This document shows positions 10,407 to 18,824 of a stretch of DNA of 50,304 nucleotides, one piece after another. This DNA is from Bdellovibrionales bacterium. Lineage in GTDB: Bacteria; Pseudomonadota; Alphaproteobacteria; Micavibrionales; JBBKXB01. Made by a program: the position numbers and the translations under genes. The stretch is from contig JBBKXB010000030.1 of the NCBI GenBank assembly GCA_037969255.1, forward strand, positions 1 to 50,304, written 5' to 3'. Below the pieces are notes generated by a model. The model was not told the origin of the DNA, did not search any database, and was given only the letters and a program-made list of their open reading frames with translations. Within the stretch, counting starts at the first letter, position 1. Each line of letters starts with the position of its first letter.

Positions 10407-10814
10407 ATGCTGAATTTTAATAAACTTGTTAAAAAAAATGAAATGGCTTTGGCGGCTGTGGTATTATTGAGTGGGGCGGGTTGTAGCGTTTCCACTCAAG
10501 AATCTGAAAAGGAAAAACCTTATAATGTTGATGTCCAAGCGGGTGCTAATGAGCCTGTGAAGCCTTTAACGTTTGGAAGAGCGGCATGTAGAGTGGCAGG
10601 GTTAGATGACCAATATCAAGGTCAAGCGACCGTATTAGACCGTCAAAAGGAAACTTATAAAGTTATTGAATGCACTGTGAGTTTTCAAACGGCTCAATCT
10701 CTTGATCGAGTTGTAAGGTTAGATGATGTGTTAACATGTCGATATAAACCAACACCCTATAATTGCGCTGTTCGTATTCAACATGGGTTAACACCACCTA
10801 GACCTTCCTTATGA
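10407..10814 (+). CDS. small lipoprotein, paralog of 10046..10390
   Basis: 135-aa ORF with an AAGGA SD and a lipobox (LLSGAGC). Its 3' end overlaps the corC 3' end by 17 nt. Confidence 0.6.
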   Translation: MLNFNKLVKKNEMALAAVVLLSGAGCSVSTQESEKEKPYNVDVQAGANEPVKPLTFGRAACRVAGLDDQYQGQATVLDRQKETYKVIECTVSFQTAQSLDRVVRLDDVLTCRYKPTPYNCAVRIQHGLTPPRPSL

Positions 10815-11628
10815 TCACACGCTTTATTTGGCGCGGATCGGCAGATAGTATTTCAAATTCGTAACCACTATCATGAGCGATGATCTCGCCCTTTGTTGGG
10901 ATGCGCCCCGCAATGGTCATGATAAACCCGCCAAGCGTATCGGCTTCCTCGCGCTCTTCATCGCTTAAAATTTCATCAAATTCTTTTTCAAATTCGTCAA
11001 TATCAAGGCGGCCATCGGCAAATATTTTACCATTGGCGTGATGCACAATATGATTGCGATCGTTATTCGCGTGCTCGTCATCAAGCTGTCCTATAATGGC
11101 TTCGATCACGTCTCCTGCGGTGACAAGCCCATCGGTTCCGCCATACTCATCGACCACAACCATCATGTGTTTGCGGTTTTGGCGCATTAAATGGAGTACG
11201 TCCAAAACGGGTAAAGAGGGTGATATTACGGGCACGTCACGGATTAAATCGTGAAACTTAAATTCGACATTATCAGGTGCCATTGCTAAAAAGAGGTCTT
11301 TGATATGGACGGTGCCAAGAATGTTATCGAGCGATTCCTTAAACACAGGAAAACGCGATAATGGATTTTTACGGATAAATTCGATCACATCGGCGCGTTC
11401 AATATCATAGGGCATTGCCACGATATCGGCGCGTGGCAACATCACATCAATGGCCGTGAGATCGCTTAATTCGAGCACATTGGCAATAAGCGCGTGCTCG
11501 CCTTGCCATTCAGGGTTATTAACATCGGAATCATCAGATTCGATATAATTTTCAATGACGGTTCTAAGGGAATCGTTGGGCGTATTCTTTTTAAATTTAA
11601 GAGACTTAATCTTAGTAATGATATTCAT
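10798..11628 (-). CDS. corC: CBS-domain magnesium/cobalt efflux-associated protein, CorC/YbeX type
   Basis: 276-aa ORF with tandem CBS domains plus a CorC_HlyC C-terminal domain (GGFIMTIAGRIPTKGE...IKRVIIRKV). It lacks the DUF21 membrane region. Confidence 0.9.
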   Translation of the reverse strand: MNIITKIKSLKFKKNTPNDSLRTVIENYIESDDSDVNNPEWQGEHALIANVLELSDLTAIDVMLPRADIVAMPYDIERADVIEFIRKNPLSRFPVFKESLDNILGTVHIKDLFLAMAPDNVEFKFHDLIRDVPVISPSLPVLDVLHLMRQNRKHMMVVVDEYGGTDGLVTAGDVIEAIIGQLDDEHANNDRNHIVHHANGKIFADGRLDIDEFEKEFDEILSDEEREEADTLGGFIMTIAGRIPTKGEIIAHDSGYEFEILSADPRQIKRVIIRKV

Positions 11629-11677
11629 GTGTCGAATGATAGCGGATGTTTAAAACTTAATCTATAAGCGTCGAACT

Positions 11678-12094
11678 TTAAACCGTGTAACGATGAACAT
11701 AATGATCCTTACCCACTGACGCTGTGACTACACAGCTGTTATGATAGGGTGTTGTATCAGCGCTGGCATTTAAAATGGCAGGTGAGGCAATCATAAGCAA
11801 AGCACCGGCAAAGGCTGTTTTGGCGCTTGATTTAACAGATTTATAACCATATGCAACATAAGGGTGCGCAAGAGCATATAACGTCATGCCGATTGTGAAG
11901 GCTATGCCTTCAACAATGCTTTCAACGGCCACATTAGCAGCCTCAGACCCAAACACTTTTTCTGCTGCAAGTGTGACGGTGCCTATGACACCTTTACCAA
12001 CAGTCATCATCACGCCTTTTGTGATACCAGCGCCAAGCGCAGCTTCAGTCGTGTAACGTGAAAAGGCTCTTAATGGGATTGTTATCTTGCTCAT
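11678..12094 (-). CDS. hypothetical Gly/Ala-rich hydrophobic protein, ORFan
   Basis: 138-aa ORF inserted between ybeY and corC. I recognise no family. It has no SD, and a TATATT hexamer lies 6 nt upstream of the ATG. Confidence 0.5.
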   Translation of the reverse strand: MSKITIPLRAFSRYTTEAALGAGITKGVMMTVGKGVIGTVTLAAEKVFGSEAANVAVESIVEGIAFTIGMTLYALAHPYVAYGYKSVKSSAKTAFAGALLMIASPAILNASADTTPYHNSCVVTASVGKDHYVHRYTV

Positions 12095-12100
12095 AAGCGT

Positions 12101-12129
12101 AATATAGCAAATATCATTATCAATTACAA
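12101..12129 (-). promoter_or_regulatory. putative promoter of the 138-aa ORF (possible leaderless transcript)
   Basis: The minus strand reads TTGTAA, 17-nt spacer, TATATT, ACGCTT, then ATG. Confidence 0.3.
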
Positions 12130-12150
12130 GTAAAATCGGTAACTATGTTA

Positions 12151-12558
12151 TCAATATGTGTAAGGATCGAACCCAATTTCCCCACAAATAGCAGTTTCCT
12201 TAGCTTCCATGACATTGGCGTCATTATCATTTTCATGGTCGTAACCCGCAATATGCAAGGCGCCGTGGACTATGAGGTGCTCTATATGGTGACGTAATGG
12301 CTTATTCATCTGTTTGCTCTCGCGCCTAATGGTTTCAATCGCCAATATGACATCACCACCCTGATCATTGGTAAAAGACAGCACATTGGTGGGCTTATCC
12401 TTACCTCGAAAACCCGCATTAAGCTCTTTGATATGAGAATCGGTGGACAGAGCCACGGCAATGTCTAAATCATACCCTCTAAGCGCGCGTTCAAGCACAG
12501 CTTTACGGATATGAAGCCCATCCCATTTGCGTGATAGCTTAACGATGTCTAACTTCAT
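12151..12558 (-). CDS. ybeY: rRNA maturation endoribonuclease YbeY
   Basis: 135-aa ORF with the zinc motif HLIVHGALHIAGYDH. Its start overlaps the miaB stop (ATGA). Confidence 0.92.
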   Translation of the reverse strand: MKLDIVKLSRKWDGLHIRKAVLERALRGYDLDIAVALSTDSHIKELNAGFRGKDKPTNVLSFTNDQGGDVILAIETIRRESKQMNKPLRHHIEHLIVHGALHIAGYDHENDNDANVMEAKETAICGEIGFDPYTY

Positions 12559-13919
12559 GCGACTTTTTTGGAGGCGGGCGTTATCAACTCGCCAACCACG
12601 CTATGCGGTGATCCGTATGTAATTTTGATTTGTTGTGTCGTGCCGTACAGATCGGTATCGATATCCTCGACCAAAATAGATTGATTATGAGGTGTGCGCC
12701 CCATCAAGCTGTTTGCTTTAGAACTCTTGCGATCGAATAACACAGGCACAATCATGCCTTCCGTGTTTTTGTTAAATTCATGTTGTTGCGTGTTTAATAA
12801 ATCTTGCAATATATCAAGGCGCTTTGACGCGACATCAGGGCGCACCATATTTTGCATGACAGAAGCAGGCGTGCCAGGGCGCGGCGAATATTTAAATGAA
12901 TAGGCGGACGAATAATTCACGCGTCTCACAAGATCCATCGTATCTTCAAAATCTTGTTCACTTTCCCCTGGGAAACCAACAATGAAATCACCAGATAATG
13001 CAATATCAGGGCGCGCTTCGCGTAATTTATCAATGATATCGAAATACATATCGCGTTCATGTTTGCGGTTCATAGCCTTTAAAATACGGTTTGATCCGCT
13101 TTGCACGGGTAAATGCAAATAAGGCGTCAATTGTTCTAAATCACGATGTGCATTGATCAAATCATCATTCATTTCACGTGGATGTGACGTTGTGTAGCGC
13201 AAACGCTCAATCTCTGGCACGGCTTCGCATAATTGATACATGAGTTTTGCCAAATTACTGGCCTGACCATTATCATCCTCACCGTGATACGCATTCACGT
13301 TTTGACCAAGCAATGTAATTTCGCGTGCTCCGCCTTGCGTTAATTTTTTAGCCTCAGTGATAATTTGATGAACGGGGCGTGAATATTCAGCGCCGCGTGT
13401 ATAAGGCACCACACAAAACGTACAAAATTTATCGCAACCTTCTTGGACAGATAGAAACGCAGAAGGGCCCACGTTTGTGTGTTCGTGCGTGAGCGTGTCG
13501 AACTTGCTAATCTCTGGAAAATCAGTGTTCACCACTCGTTTTTTCTTCAGACCTGTTAGGTCAGCCACCATTTCAGCGAGCGTATGATACGTTTGCGGGC
13601 CAAAGACCAAGTCCACGTACGATGCGCGTTTATAAATCATATCGCCCTCGGCTTGAGCCACACAGCCTGCCACGCCCATGATGACTTTCTTGCCTTTGTT
13701 TTCTCCTGCCAATTTATGCGCACGAAGACGACCAAGTTCAGAGAACATTTTTTCCGTGGCTTTTTCGCGAATATGGCAGGTGTTAAGGATAATCATATCG
13801 GCATTATCAGGCGCGTCAACTTGCTTATAACCTAGGGGCGCAAGCACATCGGCAATGCGATTGCTGTCATAGACATTCATCTGACAGCCCCATGTCTTTA
13901 TATATAACTTCTTACTCAT
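12555..13919 (-). CDS. miaB: tRNA-i6A37 methylthiotransferase MiaB
   Basis: Has the N-terminal cluster context TWGCQMN and the radical-SAM motif CDKFCTFC. The ORF opens at 13946, but homology favours ATG 13919 (MSKKLYIKTWGCQMN). Confidence 0.95.
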   Translation of the reverse strand: MSKKLYIKTWGCQMNVYDSNRIADVLAPLGYKQVDAPDNADMIILNTCHIREKATEKMFSELGRLRAHKLAGENKGKKVIMGVAGCVAQAEGDMIYKRASYVDLVFGPQTYHTLAEMVADLTGLKKKRVVNTDFPEISKFDTLTHEHTNVGPSAFLSVQEGCDKFCTFCVVPYTRGAEYSRPVHQIITEAKKLTQGGAREITLLGQNVNAYHGEDDNGQASNLAKLMYQLCEAVPEIERLRYTTSHPREMNDDLINAHRDLEQLTPYLHLPVQSGSNRILKAMNRKHERDMYFDIIDKLREARPDIALSGDFIVGFPGESEQDFEDTMDLVRRVNYSSAYSFKYSPRPGTPASVMQNMVRPDVASKRLDILQDLLNTQQHEFNKNTEGMIVPVLFDRKSSKANSLMGRTPHNQSILVEDIDTDLYGTTQQIKITYGSPHSVVGELITPASKKVA

Positions 13920-13974
13920 AACAGGCGTTGTAGCGGAAAAGAACATTAAAATGCAATATAAAGTGAAAAATACT

Positions 13975-14004
13975 TGATTCTATTGACATATTTATATAGA
14001 TAAT
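13975..14004 (+). promoter_or_regulatory. putative promoter region with an ATTGACATA box upstream of 14009
   Basis: TTGATT (13975-13980), 18-nt spacer, GATAAT (13999-14004). The ATTGACATA box at 13982-13990 lies inside the spacer. ATG 14009 lies 4 nt after the -10 hexamer, with no SD. Confidence 0.3.
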
Positions 14005-14008
14005 TTGT

Positions 14009-14497
14009 ATGCCTCTTGTTACCAATTCTGCTCCAGTTAAAAACGCTTTTAGACAGATCGTACAAGATCCGTCATTGCTACATTCTGAATTGGAAGTGCT
14101 CCATGAGCTTTGGGATAATAAATATGAAAAAGAAGAAGATTTAGAGGATTATTTAGAATGTATCATCATTCTTGCGTTAAGTTCTGATCTTGCAGACATG
14201 AACGTTTATAATATGCTTACTAATTTTTCAAATAAGATTGAGCGCGATGGCTTTGGGGAGTTCAAAGCTAATTTGGCCCAAGATGTATGTGAAACATCGC
14301 AATTTATAGATGAAATTTTAAAACACAGGAAATCAAAAGAATATAAAACGTTAACGCATCACGGTGAGCCTGGTTTATGGTCACAAAGGAGTCATTGCCT
14401 TATGGCGTGGTCTAATGCAATGCGTGAGGGGCTTGGGATTGAAAAGCGCGGGACTAATGTTGCAATGTTAATGCCTTATTATCACGCAACAAAATAA
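14009..14497 (+). CDS. hypothetical cytoplasmic protein, ORFan paralog A
   Basis: 162-aa ORF with no signal peptide. It is similar to the next ORF: ECIIILALSSD vs KCIIIALSQDG, and NLAQDVCETSQFIDEILK vs NLVQYINETASFIGATLK. Confidence 0.6.
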   Translation: MPLVTNSAPVKNAFRQIVQDPSLLHSELEVLHELWDNKYEKEEDLEDYLECIIILALSSDLADMNVYNMLTNFSNKIERDGFGEFKANLAQDVCETSQFIDEILKHRKSKEYKTLTHHGEPGLWSQRSHCLMAWSNAMREGLGIEKRGTNVAMLMPYYHATK

Positions 14498-14513
14498 ATT
14501 AGGAGCCACCATC

Positions 14514-14543
14514 ATTGACATAATAAAAATATCAATGTACAGT
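14514..14543 (+). promoter_or_regulatory. putative sigma70-type promoter containing the ATTGACATA box
   Basis: TTGACA (14515-14520), 17-nt spacer, TACAGT (14538-14543). ATG 14551 lies 7 nt downstream, with no SD. Confidence 0.4.
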
Positions 14544-14550
14544 GTTTTTC

Positions 14551-15054
14551 ATGTCGTCTATTTTCAATCATTCCACTGTAAATTATTTTTTTACTAAGGC
14601 AGTTCTTTGTTTTCATGATGATCACAATATGATTTTTCATACGAGCAATTTGGCCACAGAGATTATTTCAGTGAAGCCCAAAGATTGCCCAGAGGCTATA
14701 GGCAATATAGCGAAATGTATTATAATTGCTCTCTCTCAAGATGGTAACGATGCGCCTTCACATCATTCGGATGTGATCCAATTTTTAAATGAGTTTTCAA
14801 GTGCGCTGATTAAGACGGGGTACGCAGATCAACGCAAAAATTTAGTGCAATATATAAACGAAACAGCAAGCTTTATCGGCGCGACATTAAAAGGCGAAAG
14901 CGTTGAAAAAAATGTTCTTCTTAATTTTGCATCTTTGCGAGTGTGGGAGCACCGTAAAGATACATTAAAAACATGGGTTGCTCATATGGGCGCAAAACTT
15001 GAAATGGAAGTTAAGCACCCAGAGATAACGCGTTTGATACCACGTATTGGATGA
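14551..15054 (+). CDS. hypothetical cytoplasmic protein, ORFan paralog B
   Basis: The ORF-track entry is 14542..15054 (GTG start). I prefer ATG 14551 (MSSIFNH). It is a paralog of 14009..14497. Confidence 0.6.
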   Translation: MSSIFNHSTVNYFFTKAVLCFHDDHNMIFHTSNLATEIISVKPKDCPEAIGNIAKCIIIALSQDGNDAPSHHSDVIQFLNEFSSALIKTGYADQRKNLVQYINETASFIGATLKGESVEKNVLLNFASLRVWEHRKDTLKTWVAHMGAKLEMEVKHPEITRLIPRIG

Positions 15055-15145
15055 TCTATTTGGCATAGAATAAATCGGCGCTTGCCATCATGTTTATGCT
15101 ATGATTATCTCTGTGCAATAATTTAAAAATATTTGAGGAGTATGT

Positions 15146-15631
15146 GTGTTCGTGATCCGTTTTGCTTTGCTATCATTGTTGATGTTTGTTGTGGCATTGC
15201 CCGCTCAGGCGAATTGCTTTAATCGCGAGGAAGTGGCCGCTGAACAAGGGCTTCGCATCCATTCTGAACTCATGCAAATCGGTCTCAATTGTATGGGTAT
15301 TTTGCGCCAACCTAATTTGTATTCGGATTACCGCCAGTTTACCAAACAAAACAATGCGGTGATCACGGGCTGGGAAAATACGCTGACATCATATTTCGCG
15401 CGTACTGGTGGCGGTAATGGTCAAACGGAATTCCACGATTATCGCACACGCATTGCCAATCAAATGTCATCGAGTGCGGCACGTATGCGCCCCGATGTGT
15501 TTTGTCACAACCATGTGCGTCGTTTAAATAGTGCCATGCGCATGAGCCAACAAGACGTTATGCGTTGGGCGGCCCATAAGGGTGGTGGTCAATTGCCATC
15601 CAAACCACTTTGTGCCTCTGCCACACGTTAA
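15146..15631 (+). CDS. hypothetical exported cysteine-containing protein
   Basis: 161-aa ORF with a GTG start 5 nt after a GAGGAG SD. It has a signal peptide (LLSLLMFVVALPAQA/NC) and four Cys in the mature part. Confidence 0.6.
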   Translation: MFVIRFALLSLLMFVVALPAQANCFNREEVAAEQGLRIHSELMQIGLNCMGILRQPNLYSDYRQFTKQNNAVITGWENTLTSYFARTGGGNGQTEFHDYRTRIANQMSSSAARMRPDVFCHNHVRRLNSAMRMSQQDVMRWAAHKGGGQLPSKPLCASATR

Positions 15632-15704
15632 TATAGCTTTCACTTGTGGATAAGACAGGTTTACCCCTTGCGCCAAACGGGCAAATATTGTCCGAATCGT
15701 TTCC

Positions 15705-17906
15705 ATGACAAAGAAGCAGGCTGGCAAACTAAAAAATCTTAATATTTCTTCAGATAACCATGACGACACAACGGTTCAAGACGCTGATCTTGAGACCGTA
15801 ACGTTGCGTTATGATGGCCATAAAAATGCCTCTGTGTCCTATGCGCCGAATGTTGCGCCACATCGTTACGAGATCAATAATGATAAAGACAATGCTACGT
15901 TCGCTGTTCCATCAATATTAACGAATAAACCTGACCGTGCAGATAAATCATCTTCATTACCCCTTGCGCTTATGTCGATAGGGTTGTTTTTAACACTCGC
16001 TTGGATGGGGTTTTCACTTCTTATTGCGGGCACGGGCTTGGCGGCTCAAATTGAGAGCGTGGCCTATACCATATTACCAGCCTTTGTAGCCTTTGTAGCG
16101 ATTGCTCTGGGTGGATTGCTGTGGCGCATGGATAATAAACGCACGCATTTGATCCAAGCCACAATGCGCGATATATTTGACGCTGAGAAAACTAATTTGG
16201 TTGAACAAAATAAAGACGCGCAAACGCTCACGAAGACACTCGCTGATGTGCAAGTCCATATACGCGGTGTGAACAATCAATTCTGGGCGCTACAAAAAAA
16301 TGTCAAGGATATCAATAATTTAAAAACAGATCTTGAGTTTTTAGGTCAGGAAATATCAACATTTTCGACTGTGTCGCGCCGTACGCTCATGGATTGGGAA
16401 ACACAAATGAGCGCCACCAATGATCGCTTGAATGATATGGAGCGCACTACATCGCGTCTCTCTCATGATAGTTTGGAAACATGTTCATTCCTCGCGGATC
16501 GCCTTGATGAAGTGAATGAACAAATCACGGCCTTGAATGATCTGCAATCTGATGCGGCCACGGGCGTGCGCCAATTTGATGATGTTGTGCGCACCGCACG
16601 CGACGATATGAAAGAATTGATCACAGAATCCAAAAAACAATCCGAGGCCGCCGCCGTAGCCCAAGACACATACCGCACCGCGCTTAAATCGCATGTGAGT
16701 GATTTATCCACTGAACTTACGGCGCTTGGCAACATGGCCAAAGCCTTTGATGGCGTGCGCGCTGATATGGGTCAAGCGGGCGATCTATTGTCACGCGGTG
16801 TGCGTGAAAGCTTGATGGATGTGAAATTATTGCTTGATGATTGGAAGCAAACAAAATCGCAACTTGAACGCGTGTTATCGTCCTCTAAAGAGAATGTAAG
16901 CTTGCAATTTGAACAGCAATTGGGCGCAGCCAAAGAGTTTTTATCCGATTGGGATTACATGCTCGAATCGCGTCTTAATTTGCTGACATCGACCAAAGAA
17001 ACGATTGAAAAGCATCTCACTGATTTGCCTGATGCACTTCATGCAACATCCAAAGCCATTTTAACCGAAACGCCTGATCTTGTGAGCCAGTTGTCTGGTT
17101 TCCGTCATGCGGCGGCAGGGATGCAACAATCTATACGCGAGGCGCAAGAAGCCGCGCAAAGCCTGTCTGAGACAACACCTGATTTGTCTAAGCTCAAAAT
17201 TGATATGGATACTTTGTCATCACAAGCCAGCAAAGCAAGCACGGACATTATAAAACTCATTGAAACCACCAAGCCCGGTATTGATAATGTTGATGATGTG
17301 ACCGCGCGTGTAAAAGCTTTCTTTGAGAGCCTTGAGAGCAAAACAGATACGCATATGCGTCAATTCACCGCGCTCGAGACCATGATTAAACGTTTTGAAA
17401 ACGACAATTCTGCCAATAATATCAAGGCGCAATTTGCACCTGTGCTATCGGTGATTGAAAAGCTTGATGAACGCTGTGATGGGCTTGAAAGAAAGGCCAT
17501 ATTAACGCGAGAAGAATTTGAATCTATGGACATTAAACCATTGATGAAATCAATTGTATTGGATGTCGAAGCCGTGTTCGATCAAACCATTGATATTATG
17601 AGTTCGTTAAAGCCGATGGATAAGACACTGCGCAATCGTGATGATTTGCCAGCCTTAACGCTCCGATTGCGCCAAATTTTAGAATCAATTCGTCCTGATG
17701 TATTGGAATCCAGCATTCGTTCACGCCCTGAACTTAATGAAAAGATACGTAAATTCACAGGTCGTTTTGGTGTGATATGTGAACAAGCACGTGCGTCTTC
17801 ACCACAAGGTGAGTGGGTGGCGGCGGCCTTAGCCTCATCGGAATTGGGTAAAATTTATCGTATGTTACTTAAATCGCTTGAGAAACCTCTTGAGACTGAC
17901 AAGTAA
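15705..17906 (+). CDS. large membrane-anchored coiled-coil protein, function unknown
   Basis: 733-aa ORF. A hydrophilic N-terminus of about 85 aa is followed by two hydrophobic helices (LPLALMSIGLFLTLAWMGFSLLIAG and YTILPAFVAFVAIALGGLLW). About 590 aa of heptad-like, helical, charged sequence follow. Confidence 0.7.
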   Translation: MTKKQAGKLKNLNISSDNHDDTTVQDADLETVTLRYDGHKNASVSYAPNVAPHRYEINNDKDNATFAVPSILTNKPDRADKSSSLPLALMSIGLFLTLAWMGFSLLIAGTGLAAQIESVAYTILPAFVAFVAIALGGLLWRMDNKRTHLIQATMRDIFDAEKTNLVEQNKDAQTLTKTLADVQVHIRGVNNQFWALQKNVKDINNLKTDLEFLGQEISTFSTVSRRTLMDWETQMSATNDRLNDMERTTSRLSHDSLETCSFLADRLDEVNEQITALNDLQSDAATGVRQFDDVVRTARDDMKELITESKKQSEAAAVAQDTYRTALKSHVSDLSTELTALGNMAKAFDGVRADMGQAGDLLSRGVRESLMDVKLLLDDWKQTKSQLERVLSSSKENVSLQFEQQLGAAKEFLSDWDYMLESRLNLLTSTKETIEKHLTDLPDALHATSKAILTETPDLVSQLSGFRHAAAGMQQSIREAQEAAQSLSETTPDLSKLKIDMDTLSSQASKASTDIIKLIETTKPGIDNVDDVTARVKAFFESLESKTDTHMRQFTALETMIKRFENDNSANNIKAQFAPVLSVIEKLDERCDGLERKAILTREEFESMDIKPLMKSIVLDVEAVFDQTIDIMSSLKPMDKTLRNRDDLPALTLRLRQILESIRPDVLESSIRSRPELNEKIRKFTGRFGVICEQARASSPQGEWVAAALASSELGKIYRMLLKSLEKPLETDK

Positions 17907-17926
17907 AGTTTGATATAGTCCCGCTT

Positions 17927-18814
17927 ATGAATACAGCAACTTTTATTGAAGGCATTAAGCCACTCGCTAATATTTACGATATTTTTATGCTTGATCAGTG
18001 GGGTGTCCTGCACTTTGGCAAGCGCGCACCCAAATACGTGATCGAAACGCTCGAGTATCTCAAAGAACGCGGCAAGTCCGTAATTATCATTTCAAACTCA
18101 GGCAAAGCCGCCGATTTTTCTGTGCAACGCATGAAAAAGCTTGGTATTGATCGTGATTTGTATACGCATATTGTGACCTCTGGTGAAATGGTACGCCAAG
18201 GTTTGACTATGAAGACAGGTCCAGTGTTCCAAGATTTGGGCGCAAAATGTTATTTGTTCACGGATAGCAAAGACAAAACATCTAAAGATTTACCTGTTGA
18301 TCTTGTTAAATCGCCCCAGGACGCAGATTACGCACTTATGACGGGTGTGGATTACCTCACCAAATCGCTCGAAGATTATGACGATGCCTTAAAAGCATGT
18401 CTTGAAAACAAGCTTCCTCTTATATGTGCCAATCCTGATATGGTGGCGGTTGAGGAAAGCGGGACTTATTTTGGTCCAGGCGCCGTGGCGGCTCGGTATA
18501 AAGAAATGGAAGGCGAGGTGCGTTATGTTGGCAAACCGCATAAATCCATTTTTGCTTACGCGCTTTCATTGGTTGTAAATGCCACGCCTAGCAAAACCAT
18601 TATGATTGGCGATTCAATGGGGCATGATATATTGGGTGGTGCTGGTATGGGGTTCGACACATGTCTGATTTCCACAGGCTCTCATGATGAGTTATTTACC
18701 AAGAATAAAATGGAAATAGCCATGAAAAAGCTCGAAGACGAATATAACACGAGCGCCACATACGTCATGCCACATTTCTCACTTGATGATATAGCTCAAA
18801 AAGACGCGGCCTAG
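17927..18814 (+). CDS. HAD-superfamily subfamily IIA hydrolase
   Basis: 295-aa ORF with motif I (MLDQWGVLH) and a C-terminal motif (GDSMGHDILGG). Confidence 0.85.
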   Translation: MNTATFIEGIKPLANIYDIFMLDQWGVLHFGKRAPKYVIETLEYLKERGKSVIIISNSGKAADFSVQRMKKLGIDRDLYTHIVTSGEMVRQGLTMKTGPVFQDLGAKCYLFTDSKDKTSKDLPVDLVKSPQDADYALMTGVDYLTKSLEDYDDALKACLENKLPLICANPDMVAVEESGTYFGPGAVAARYKEMEGEVRYVGKPHKSIFAYALSLVVNATPSKTIMIGDSMGHDILGGAGMGFDTCLISTGSHDELFTKNKMEIAMKKLEDEYNTSATYVMPHFSLDDIAQKDAA

Positions 18815-18824
18815 TGCCCCTCAG

